Positions 14,301-25,464 of a stretch of 64,000 nt of DNA are shown here, piece by piece. The translations under genes and the position numbers were made by a program. This DNA is from Tubulanus polymorphus (lineage: Eukaryota; Animalia; Nemertea). Every line of letters starts with the position of its first letter. The stretch's first letter is position 1. A model generated the notes under the pieces. That model was not told the origin of the DNA and ran no database searches. It saw nothing but the letters and a program-made list of their open reading frames with translations. The stretch covers positions 4,092,001 through 4,156,000 of the forward strand of contig NC_134025.1 in NCBI RefSeq assembly GCF_964204645.1, written 5' to 3'.

Positions 14301-16480
14301 GCAGTCATTCCAGTCTGAAATATATTTTAAAAATAATTTGAATAATGTAATTTATCAACTTATTGATCTATCAAGTTCAAACTATTCAAGAACTTGCCTA
14401 TGCAACCTTTCACTTTATCATAAATCTGATTGTCACGAGTGCACGAACATTTGAATTGTTTGCCAGTTGTTGGTTCGCAAATAGCATCACCTCCACATGG
14501 ATTATCCATACAAGGATGCCATTCTGAAAACACAAATACACACGCAGTTCAATTTGATGAAACAATAATTTGTTAAGGAGTAATCTCAGATTTTTTACCG
14601 ATACATCCTTTGTTGGGATCGTAAACCATTCCAGTAGCACAAGTACACTGGTAATTTCCATCCGGTAGGGGATTGCATTTTGCACCAGATTTACACGGTT
14701 TGGGGGTACAACTATTTTTTTCTAAAAATAAACGATGGATTCAACATAATAAATCTGTAGGTAACATTTTGAACGGTATATTTTGTGAAGCTATTTTGCC
14801 CGAAATTTAATCCAAGGAGCCCTGAGGTTCATTATTATCAGACCTTAGAATACTTACGAACACAACCGACATTCTCTTCATAGACTTTATCATCGTCCTC
14901 ACAGATACATTCACGTGACTGTCCATCAGGTAAAGGCTCACAATCAGCATCACCAGCGCATGGCTTCATGGCACATACGTCATAATCATCATCATCATTA
15001 TCATCACCATCTGGATTACAAATAAACAATCATCTTATTATACACAGTTCGTAGGGACTTTATCGGAGAGACAAGATAAACAAAAAAGCACAACAGGAAG
15101 GTCTGATACCATAAGTTAAAGATACAACACAAATAGATGCGATAGCAAGGGTTAGTAAATTTTATGTTAGGTGAAATTGATATGCCGAAAAACATTAGGT
15201 TAACTCGGATCCCAAATTTAGATGAGAGTATAAATGTCGGAAAATTGATCTACCTGGATTCCTTTCAGCCGCATAACAGTAAGTTGTCGAGACATGATGT
15301 TGCAACGCATCTAGCGGGCACAGTTTGTCCTTAAACGTGTAACACCACCCACTAACGTGATTTACACCGACACAAGGAGGGTGAGTCTCACAATATTTTA
15401 GGCAATTATTAACCGCAGTACCACTGGCATCAACCGGTACCTCAGCCCGTAGGGTACCATAGGTGTTGTAGAAGGGACAATAAGTATCCCGCTTACATAC
15501 GAAATCATCTACAGAAATAAATCTAAGCATGGTTCTTAATGTTTCAAGATTATTTTACTCATCTTAATGACTTTTTTCGAAATTACCTTTCTCAAAGGAG
15601 TCACCAATTACCCCGACCACAAGTAAAAACAATAGAAACATGTCTATCGTTTCCACAAAAAGCTGAAGCCACTTGATAGTGATGCGAACTGATTATATTT
15701 ACTAGTTCATTATTGGGTTAGGATGATTTTATGCGTATTGCATTGGAAACAATACAGGTGGTGTTTGATACGTAGACAACCACCTGATAAGCTGATAAAA
15801 TAAAAAGTCGTATTTGTCTTCGAATGCAAATGATTGGTCAATACGAACACGTCAGTCATTTCCATTGAACAAACGATATCATTTTTAATAAAAGATTGCT
15901 CAGAAGCAAACTGGTCGTATTTCAAATAAACTTTAATGAAAAATGCGATCAATCTTACCTTTTGAACCTCCGCCAGTTGCTCTGTCAAGTGATGAACTGA
16001 TGCAATACGTCGAGTGCGGACTTTCGTGTAGAAGACTCTCCGGACATATCTCCTCTTTAAAGGCGTAACACCAGCCGGACATGGCGTGGAAATTGACAGC
16101 TACGCAAGGTGTATTGTCCTGGCAATACTCGATGCATTTTCCCACTGAATTTCCTTTAGGTAATTTTATTCGATTGGATAGAATACTGTCGAACACCGAA
16201 CATGTGGTTTTTGGTTGGCAGAAGAATCCATCGTCTTTATCCTCAGCTTAAAAAGACATGAATATTTTTGATAACGATGCCATTTTGTTGAAAGTCGTGT
16301 ATTCATCTGTCAAGAGCGTTGACTTTCTCCATGCAGAATTCAATTTTCTGTTTGTCAGACACAAATATTATCAGTTGTGACATATTTCATCGGAGTAAAT
16401 ATTGCCAACGTACCCGTTGATGTAATCGATTGAAGAAATAAAACAAAAGAAGCGAGGATGAAGATGGCTGATCTCCACAT
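5309..16480 (-). CDS. Large secreted zonadhesin/FCGBP-like protein: SP-PAN-(PAN)-[EGFx6-VWD-C8-TIL-EGF]x3-EGF-FN2-FN2
   Basis: VWD ([25 protein letters not shown]...GGLCGNCN), C8 ([14 protein letters not shown]...NCVFDAC), TIL ([18 protein letters not shown]), many phase-1 EGF exons and two FN2 domains (CTFPFIYKG...[17 protein letters not shown]; CAFPFIYQG...[17 protein letters not shown]). Last exon gives P-TAG at 5313-5309, with minus-strand AATAAA at ~5112-5117. Start is ATG 16480 or ATG 15641; the extent to 16480 is less certain. Confidence 0.85.
6141..15010. repeat. Three tandem intragenic units of ~2986 bp including introns
   Basis: ORFs, including spurious intronic ones, recur at +2986 (6986/9972/12958; 8442/11428; 9205/12191; 9609/12595) with identical or near-identical translations. 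Confidence 0.97.
15587..15641 (-). CDS. Second signal-peptide first exon ([18 protein letters not shown])
   Basis: ATG 15641, hydrophobic core, phase-1 donor AAG|gtaatt, in frame with the PAN exon 15508-15254. Inr-like TCAGTT about 50 bp upstream. Confidence 0.7.
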
Positions 16481-16792
16481 TATTGACTCCAAATGTATTA
16501 TGTCCCAAGAATGAATTATCATATTATATGATCTAAATGATATGTACCTTTTGAAATGAGAATTTGCAGGTGTTATCAATAAATTACAGAACAGGAAATC
16601 AAAACCGTCGAGAAAAAAAACAGATAAAGCTACGTAAGCGTATAATACCTGCCTTTCCAAAATTGACTATCATGCAATAGTATATCCGTCGTACAATATT
16701 GAAAATTAGCTTCAAGAAAAGTCAACAAAAATGATTCGAAACTGCTATAAATATGTAGATTTTATTCAGTGAATAGAATAACATGATCCTAT

Positions 16793-19112
16793 TTATGAGC
16801 AGATTCCACAGCTTTTCTTGCAATTCCTGTGCATATAAGAGGGGTTCTTCGTACATTCACCACGTTGAGACCACGGTTGGCAATAACGGTTACTGTCTGT
16901 GCAACCTGAAGATTTACGAAGAAGATACGTGACTCGCAAGTAGATACCGGATTTGCCGTAACGAAAACTACTAATAACCCACCTCCTCCACTACCGCCAC
17001 CGCCTCCAGTACCTCCGCCACAAAGTCTACAACTTTTCTTGCAGTTGCTTTGGGTGAAAGAATTTGATTCACAATAGCCTTGAGCAGCCCAATGAGAGCA
17101 ATAGCGATGTTCGTCTGTGCAGTCTGAAATAGTATATTCATTCATATTACTTGTTTATGTGGACAACTATTGAACATACGTAACGATGATGCTATACCCT
17201 TATACCTTTACCACCTCCGCCGCCTGTTCCACCGCCAGTTCCCGTTCCACCACCTGTGCCCGTTCCACCCCCAGTTCCCGTTCCACCTCCAGTTCCCGTT
17301 CCTCCACCAGTGCCCGTTCCACCGCCTGTCCCTGTGCCACCTCCAGTGCCTGTGCCACCTCCCTCGATAAAACCACCATTTTTATCACAGTCCATTCTTA
17401 ATTTTTGATTAAGTTCTTCCTCTGAAAAACATCAAATATGACCAGATGAATAGGCTTGGTAAAATGATTCAAATATATTGTTATACAAATATACTGACGT
17501 CTTAGTTGAGCTTCATTCTTGTTACTACATCGCAGAATGTATCTATTTCCACAGGGAAACGTTTTTCGGACAAGATTATACAATCCTGGGTCGTAGGCAC
17601 GTAACTTCTCTCTCGTATCGATGTGATTATGGATGCCATTAGAAGGATTTCTGTAATCGTCGTCGTTAAAATACTTCTGAACTGCTTCACCCTAATGATA
17701 CAGACGGTTTATTAATTTCATTTTACATCAAAATTCTCGAAGATGATAAAACGTATCGATACATGCCCAATATTCCCTGTAGTCAGTCAGCGCGTATGTG
17801 TTAGCCCACTTCCCGGACGCACGCGCAGAATTGTACAGACGATGAAGCTCTCTGTCAAATCCAGGTATACCATACTTAGCGCCCAGAAGATGCATACCAT
17901 GAGCAAATTCGTGAAGTACAATATCTTCTCTGCGGTACCTTGAACAACAAACGAAAGATATATACTATTCAATTCGATTTATTGAAACGATCCGAGACAA
18001 GGTTTATATCTACCTGTCAGTATCCCAGCAAAGAGCGTTTTCTTCGGCACCACTTGAAACTGGGCGGTCTATCGTCGCTCCTAAACCCCTGGCACGCTGA
18101 TTCCACCAAGCACCTAAACTGGTGTATTCCGGTATGTCTGTCGTAACCTCTTTACTTCCCATTAGAGTAAATCTTCCAAAATAACGATAATAGCTTTGTC
18201 TAACACCAGTATGCTCAGCTAATACGAATCTTACAACGTAACATGCTCTTTTCAGCGCACTGTCCGATAAGTACCGAGATCCTACGGGCAAAAAGAATTA
18301 TGATTATTTTAAAATTTCAATTTGATTAACTCGTGGCTTGTATAGAGAATCAAAACGAAGATGAAAAGCAGCAAAGTTGGGACAAATATATCGACGAACA
18401 GATGATCGGGGTACGGATGGGTTTTCCACGTACCTACAACTGGTATTCCATAAGCTTCCGTGTATTTTTGGTAAAATCGTCCCAAACCTCTTGGTCGCAT
18501 ATGACGTGCTGATCTGAGATGCGCGGGTACGGCACGAATGTGTCCACATGAATGCGTGTTAGTCGCTGCACCAGGGCGTCCGCCATTCCGTCGAAAAGCG
18601 CGAGGAGCTAAAAATGCAATTTTAACTAAATTTGCAACAAATATCGACGAGATATGTAAACGAGATCTCAAAATCCTTGATGAAACAATCATAACGATCA
18701 TATAAAATCCCACACCAAGAAAGTAAAATAGGGTACATGTATATGTTCCTGAAGATCACAACGATGAATAAACTACCATCTCAAGGAAACATTTCGGACT
18801 CAATTTTCCTTTCTCAGCGAGGGATTTTGTATCATCGAGATATCTCAAACGTCAATCACAATATATGACACTTACAACCAAAGGCTTGTAGATAGACCGC
18901 ATCGGTGTTATTATGTTGTTCGGATAAAAGTGTATTCCATACTGCGTCTCCATTCGGATCGTAATTCGATTGGGATGACGCTGTATTTAGTACTGCAATA
19001 AAAGTCATCATTCGAATTCTGAAAACACAATTCAATTATGTAGTCGATTCTTTCAGAAAAATAACTTACCAGCAAAAGATAAGACACATAGCTGCAAAAA
19101 GAAATAACTCAT
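16793..19112 (-). CDS. Secreted zinc metallopeptidase (ATLF/PPEP-like, RARGLG type) with Gly/Thr linker and two ShKT domains
   Basis: Signal peptide MSYFFLQLCVLSFA|VLNTASS. Catalytic region FYQKYTEAYGIPVV...TTDIPEY...WWNQRARGLGAT...GAEENALC...EDILVHEFAHGMH...WANTYALTDYREYW|GEAVQKYFN. ShKT domains CTDEHRYCSHWAAQGYCESNSFTQSNCKKSCRLC and CTDSNRYCQPWSQRGECTKNPSYMHRNCKKSCGIC; TAA ends at 16793. Splice phases are consistent. Confidence 0.85.
17205..17365 (-). repeat. Coding 18-bp minisatellite encoding a (GGGTGT)n peptide linker
   Basis: About eight Gly-Gly-Gly-Thr-Gly-Thr units with synonymous variation between the peptidase domain and the first ShKT domain. Confidence 0.9.
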
Positions 19113-21533
19113 CTCGACGTATCGTCATGTATACATCTGAAGCGGAGCTATCTACATATATATATTTGTTTGTATAAATAACTAACCCATTTCGCAATCA
19201 CAATTACAATGATGTCCACTAATGTGTGCATGAATCCATAATTAATTTGTTTATTGCAGTAATGACAGTATTGCTGGCTGAAATTTTCGGAATGGATGTA
19301 CTGACCCAATATTCCTCGAGTCAAATGATCCCACAAACAACCAGAGCCGGTTCGTGGAAAGAAAGAAAGCAACCAACTCTACACAACTCTTTAACTTGCA
19401 TAAACATTTCTGACGACCAATAAAATCTTTTTATAGATATCACGATGGTTCCAAAGATCATGCTTTCATAAGCAAATCATCGTATTTTCATCCAAATATC
19501 GAATTAGAAGTATTGTGGGATTAAAAGTAACAAAATCACCATTACTGTAGTTTCGCAAACACGCCGACGCCTGATGTTCGTAAAAAAATGTCCCATTTGC
19601 CTTCGGTGTGTGAATAAATCTATTCATCTGGAATATGATGGATCATATTGACATCATCTACGACGGGATTGTATATGTACTGCGTAGCCCATATCAAAAA
19701 CATCATTAGATTTTTTCGTGGTAATCAAAATCAAGATAATCATCAAATCAGCCATAATAGTTGACAAACAAATCAACGCCGAACATTGCAAAAAAATAAA
19801 AATTTCGTTGGTCTATTTTCTTATTAGAGGAGAGCCTTTATCCATCTTTTATTTATGTGCATACTATTGATGGTATTACACCAGAAATATAGAAAGACTA
19901 GTATTTACGAACATCTGATGCTACGAGAGTACTATGAAATGTAGAACTTGTAAAATGTGGAAATAACCAGTTCTGGATAGCCGTCGTCCGACAGCAAGGA
20001 CTATTCATGGCTCTGTCATCATCTGATTACGATATTCAACTGCCATTAGGATAGCAAACACCAGTAGATGTTACTCCAGTCAAGTCGCAGGAAATTAAGA
20101 GATTGAATTCTTACACGTGGTTATTCATTGTATAGTAGTATGTTGGAATAAAGATACAATATAGAAAGGTCAGTTCAGAATGTTAGAATTCCTCCAGTAT
20201 CTCATATCAAATCTCCTTTTATAATTTTCCAATGCCCACAATCGACATTTTTGATTTGGATATGTTGCAATGTTTTTAGATTCATTTGATAGATATTTCG
20301 ATCATTTGACATTTGTAATACTTCAACGTTTGCAATTAATAGAGAAAAAAAATTATTCATGAATTTTTAACTATTCAAATTACGTTGATAATTGTACATT
20401 TGCATTTCATTCAAAATTTTCTAATTTATGTCATATTTGTAATGTTTGAGAATGTTCATATATCTATGCGCGTATCATTGGGATATCGATGCGTACACTT
20501 AACTTAAACCCCATTGTCCTGAGCTCTATATGACAGTAGAGTTGGCCAAATCATCAACGAGATTACGCCAGCGCTTCAAACTAATAGCCCTGTTGATGAT
20601 GAACAAATTTAATCTAGTAATTTATTCAACAGTCGAATCTAATTTCCATCAGTCATGAGAATCTGGGAACTAATATTCTGGCACGTTACGGATACATCGT
20701 GTATCTTGGGAATCCAGTAATGTTCCTTAATGTATGTATACCTACCAGTACCTGATCCGCCTCTGCTGTCAAAATAGTTACAAATAAAGCTGCCTCGTGA
20801 TAAGCGTGTAGAATCTCCCATTTCTGGGATACGCACCAGGATTTCTTTCAAGGGTTATAAACGAGTAAAAACGTTGTCTTATGATGAATACCAACGATTT
20901 CTCTTTCTGTACCTTCAAAACAAACAAACACGACGAGCGAAAGGCGTAACGACTGAGTTTATCTCATTTCCTTTCATCATTGAACGTCAGTTTATTCTGT
21001 GGAGGGTACGTGATAATTGTTGTTAATTTTCGATGAAAAGCCCTAATCGGCTCTCAACAAGATGACATCCCGCTACAGTTGGTGCTCTTATAGCATACGA
21101 AACTATGATTTTCCGCAGCGCCACGGATATCTTAAGAGGACATTTACCGTTCGAGCGCCATTAACCAGGTCGCATTCAAAGTCATCTTTAATATCATGCT
21201 TTAGGTTTTCTTCGATCGATGAAAATCATCTCTACGTTTCAATGAAAATCTATTCGACGAACGAAAGAAATTCGTTCGGTAGACGTCGGATAAGATTTAC
21301 TGATCCGATCCGGCGAAGGTCACGTCCAGCAGAGCCTATACCTAACTAGATTAACTAGCGCGACAACTGGACAGACAATAAATATTTAATGTATGTGTCT
21401 CACCAGATTTTGTAAAACAAACTGAATCAATGGTATGTCATTGCACTTTTGACAGGGTGAACTTATAACCGCGAGGAAAGGCTTTTATGGGTTTTCGCGT
21501 ATTGTAATATTTTTGGTTTTTTTTAAATTTCAG

Positions 21534-21947
21534 ATGAACTCAGTAGATTTAGTGATAATGATATTTCTATGCGGTGTATCGTTGTCTACTGCTTTTTCAT
21601 CGAACAATGACGGGCAATCACGAAGTTCACTCGTTGAACACTGTCTGATGAACTGTTTTTATTGCGACGAAATGAGCGTTCATTACGATGTACCAACGTG
21701 TCGGGACAATTGTTGGACGAGTACTGGTGCTCAGGTGGATGACGGCTGCGTCCTGCACAACGATAAATTACATTTGATCGTAGGCCAACAAAAAACGACG
21801 ACTACAACAACAGAAGTGCCGCGTACTACGGGAAATAAACACCATCCTCGTCGATTTAAAGAAGGTCGGGGAAGACACGGAAAACAAAATAAAACTCGAA
21901 ACTATATGAAATACGCTCATCATAATTCTGTTCTTTCATTACCCTAA
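21534..21947 (+). CDS. Eclosion-hormone-like neuropeptide precursor
   Basis: ATG directly after acceptor tttcag. Signal peptide MNSVDLVIMIFLCGVSLSTA, then six Cys spaced C-x3-C-x2-C-x11-C-x3-C-x11-C (CLMNCFYCDEMSVHYDVPTCRDNCWTSTGAQVDDGC), close to insect EH spacing. Thr-run and basic C-terminal extension. Confidence 0.75.
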   Translation: MNSVDLVIMIFLCGVSLSTAFSSNNDGQSRSSLVEHCLMNCFYCDEMSVHYDVPTCRDNCWTSTGAQVDDGCVLHNDKLHLIVGQQKTTTTTTEVPRTTGNKHHPRRFKEGRGRHGKQNKTRNYMKYAHHNSVLSLP

Positions 21948-22531
21948 ACTATCATAAATCATTAAGGTTAACATGAAACTGATTTTAACGAATGAATTAT
22001 AACCACGAAACCAAATAATAACACAATCGCATAGGCCAACACCTGCTAGGTTACCAAAATTGAGGATTGTTAAAGCAGTACTTGCAAATCAAATACAACA
22101 ACCATATATATATAATTGCTTTTAGATTTTGTTTGTATTTGGGATTATGAGAAATGCGAATAGATTCGTCTGGGTCTTGGTCTGTGATTATGATTGTAAC
22201 TGTGAGTTGGGCGTGGAACCGACGATCATTTCGAAGATCGAGGTCTTTTGCGAGCACGTCTTAACTTTAAATCATAAAACACTTCTCTCGTGTCACGATA
22301 ACAGGTTTCGTTTATAAAAACAACCTGTTCGCTTCTTCGTGCGGGACTGTCTAATGTTTAAGTCGACCCATTAACAAATGAATATCTAGGCACAATCGGG
22401 TTTCTAAACTCATTCATCGCTGATTGATATAGTAATTAGACTTCAACATTGAGGACATATTGGAATAATAGCGCGCGTGATTTTTAGAGCTGTTGAATTT
22501 GGATTTGAACCTGCGTGAAGTACGATTCGTC

Positions 22532-22843
22532 ATGGCTTCGTCTCATCCACCAGCGAAGATTCGCGCCGCCTTAACGGATCGTGAAGAAGATTCGAAACAT
22601 CACAATAAACTAGCTGAGAGAAGATGCAAAAAGGATACGGATAGATTGGAGCATAACCAGGCTACGTTCAACAAGCAGGTGAAACACGATAAGGAGGTTT
22701 TACGTGGCGAGTTACACGATATTCAAAAACACACCAGTCCGAGTATAGATCAGTGGCTCAGTGATCAGAGGAGGCGACATTCACTTGCAGAACATTCGAA
22801 TGAAACTGCAGTTAAAGGTCAAAAGCGACAAAATCCGGCTTAG
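22532..22843 (+). CDS. Small uncharacterised charged coiled-coil protein (103 aa)
   Basis: Good Kozak context (GTCATGG), single exon, charged helical composition (HNKLAERRCKKDTDRLEHNQATFNKQVKHDKEVLRGELHDIQK). Loosely reminiscent of CCDC190-type proteins; not confirmed. Confidence 0.6.
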   Translation: MASSHPPAKIRAALTDREEDSKHHNKLAERRCKKDTDRLEHNQATFNKQVKHDKEVLRGELHDIQKHTSPSIDQWLSDQRRRHSLAEHSNETAVKGQKRQNPA

Positions 22844-23571
22844 CTATACGTTATCGATGATATCTATTGTACTTTTCGGTTGGAGTTCTTGTTGCGAGGA
22901 TTTGAAAAAAAACATTATAGTGAGGAGTGTAAAGTGAAAGCTTTAAAACAAGATCATCTATATTAGAATGTCATTAATCATGAAAAACATGTTCGTGTTC
23001 AGTGGACAATACGTGTGACCAATCCTCTAAACAGGTCATTTTGTGGACTTATAAGGTTATTGAAAAGCGATCAAATGGTATCATACATGTATTAGAAAAA
23101 TTTTCATTTTTAAAAGGCGGTATATTGTTTGAATTGACAAAGTCGTATCATAAAAAACGCATCGATCTTAAACGTTTCGAACATTCAAAAAGGAAACAAT
23201 AGCATTGAGAGAGAAAAGGGACAGATTTATATATCCCCGAGGCCGCCGAAATCAAATTCGCTGTAAAATAAATGACATGTCTGTGTCATTTCGTGTAAAA
23301 CATCATGATATACTATAATTGATAGGTCGAAAAGTCGTTGAATGTCAATTGAGTCGATTCTGAATAAATAAACTGTAGTGTAATTGATTAAAGTTTGCTT
23401 TATTCTATCGTGGGAACTTTAAGTAAAACTTTACACCATTTTCATTTCTTCAGATGATATAGGCGTAATAGTCTCAATATCAATAATTCAATATACAATC
23501 AGCGATTATATCAATACGATCGGAAGGTATGGAGAAGACCGATCTTTGCTGTTATGCATGGCAAAACATTT

Positions 23572-24862
23572 CTATTTCAATTTGCATATAGAATACATAA
23601 AATTCTCAGCGTATAGGTTTTCACTGAGCACTTTATAATTGATTTGCCATTTATAGGAACTGTAAAGTTTGAAACTGTCCCATAAACCAATACGAAGTTC
23701 GGGATCTTCATCCGTTATTTGACAAAAATGACCACCACACTTCAGCACCCTTAGCGTTTCTATTGAGATATCGCGTGCCATCTTGGTACCATTTCTGCGA
23801 TCTTTAAGAACCGAATCTACCGTGCCTTTATCGATAACTAAATCAATTGAATTGTCCCGAAACGGTAAATTACCAGCATCTGCTTCTAGAATTTCAAACT
23901 TCGAGCTTTCATGACCTCCAGTAGTATCGATCTTGTATTGTTCCGACATATTTTCAACGGCAGATTTTGCATAATCGATAGCTATTATTTTCACAGGGTA
24001 GTCCTGGATCGACCGAAAAAGATTTAGCGATAACGAAGAAGTCCCACAACCAATTTCTAAAATGTTCACAGCTGAGCTACATTTCGCATATGATAGAATA
24101 TGTTGCATCAGATAACCGTGTATTGATAGAGGATCTACAAGCCATTCAAAATAACATTTCTCCTTATGAAATTTTTCCCACGTAGACCGTAGACTCAAAG
24201 CCTCTTCAAAATTGTCTGAAAACGTAGAAGAATAGAAATAGCATGACATTTAGAACAAACGTGAGATTTTCTTCTAAAAATATCATGCCAAAGGCAGAGA
24301 CGACTTAAGTTATAACGAAAGTTGTTAAATGTCACTGCTGGATATAAATGAGAAAACATTGTAAATGAATTCATTATACTCTACAACGGAATACATGCGC
24401 ATTACCAAAAATACATTCTATATGTATTTTTGACATTTCTGATTACTAAATGAAATCTTAATGATATGTACGTCCAGTTTTCACAAGTTAATTGGTCTTA
24501 TTAAAATTGATTGTCAATCAACGGTTCAATTCTTTCGGGAATTTAGAAACTTGGGTAGTTCCCATTTAACGTTGTAGTGGTTTTTCTTCTTACATTTGTC
24601 GTTTCTATTAATCTCATTTGAAACGGAGTGACGTGCATATTGGAATAATATTACGGATTCGAACCCACTATATTACTGGGACTCTCCACAAGCTACACCA
24701 ATAAACCACGATTCTAAATTTGCAGAAAATAAACATACCTATTGTGCTATCATCCGTTGTCTTTGCCGAGAAAAATTTTCTTTGTATATTGGAGTAAACA
24801 TTTCTACACAATTTGGACATACTTTTCCGGCTTAATATCTTGCTTTTTGGCAGAAAAGACAT
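23572..24862 (-). CDS. CSKMT: Citrate synthase lysine N-methyltransferase, mitochondrial (METTL12)
   Basis: Exon 1 is a basic transit-peptide-like segment (MSFLPKSKILSRK...) with a phase-1 gtatgt donor. Exon 2 is a seven-beta-strand MTase with FEW, ILEIGCGTSSL, IDY, ADA, IDKGTVD, ETLRVLKCGG and QITDEDPELR motifs typical of METTL12. Confidence 0.85.
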
Positions 24863-25464
24863 TTCGATTGGAAATTTGAATTATCAATAAAGGGTCATAG
24901 TTAAGTCTAACGTCAATAGGAAGTTACGCCGAGGGGTTCGAGCCCCAGACAAACTAATACCGCCTTAAATCCTCGATTTGAGATAAAACAAATAGATTAT
25001 GACTTAAAGCAAAACATATTTATTTGAAGACCAGAGTTTTGATATTGCACTTACTTCCCTGGAATATTACATATACAGTTACAAGCAGATGAAGCAATCA
25101 CAGATTTCAACAAGACTTTTCCATCCAGCATTTCTTAAGTACAGTAATCTATTTCATATTTGTAGAAATAACTTTATCAAACAGCAAAAATATGCAATAT
25201 TTTAGCAATACAATAGTACAAATACACATGTATTCATATTAGTATGAATACATGTATCAATAATCAAGGAATGACTTGATAGTTTGGAATACATTTTTGT
25301 CAAATAATTATGTAAAAGTTATTTAACAATTTTACTTTAATTTGCATTGTCTTGCATATTAGCATATTAAAGTACATAAGAATATACATGTATTATTTGT
25401 AAATCATTAACTCTGGTATAAAATCAGCTGTATATTAATACTCTCAGCAGTTTATACTGAATTT

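Noticed and set aside
6141-15010. The 3-kb repeats as transposons or a CRISPR-like array
   Set aside because: They are in-frame exon-intron blocks of one gene, with no terminal repeats, transposase or repeat-spacer structure.
19018-19128. Apparent in-frame TGA (possible selenocysteine) at the first junction of the ShKT peptidase gene
   Set aside because: Using ATG 19112 and the downstream acceptor ttattgcag gives an open frame with a proper signal peptide.
21062-21349. 95-aa ATG ORF upstream of the EH-like gene
   Set aside because: No domain or signal peptide; more likely promoter or 5'UTR sequence.
24880-24950. Possible tRNA gene around GGGGTTCGAGCCCC
   Set aside because: Only a T-arm-like hairpin is present; no acceptor, D or anticodon stems. 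The same applies at 28260.
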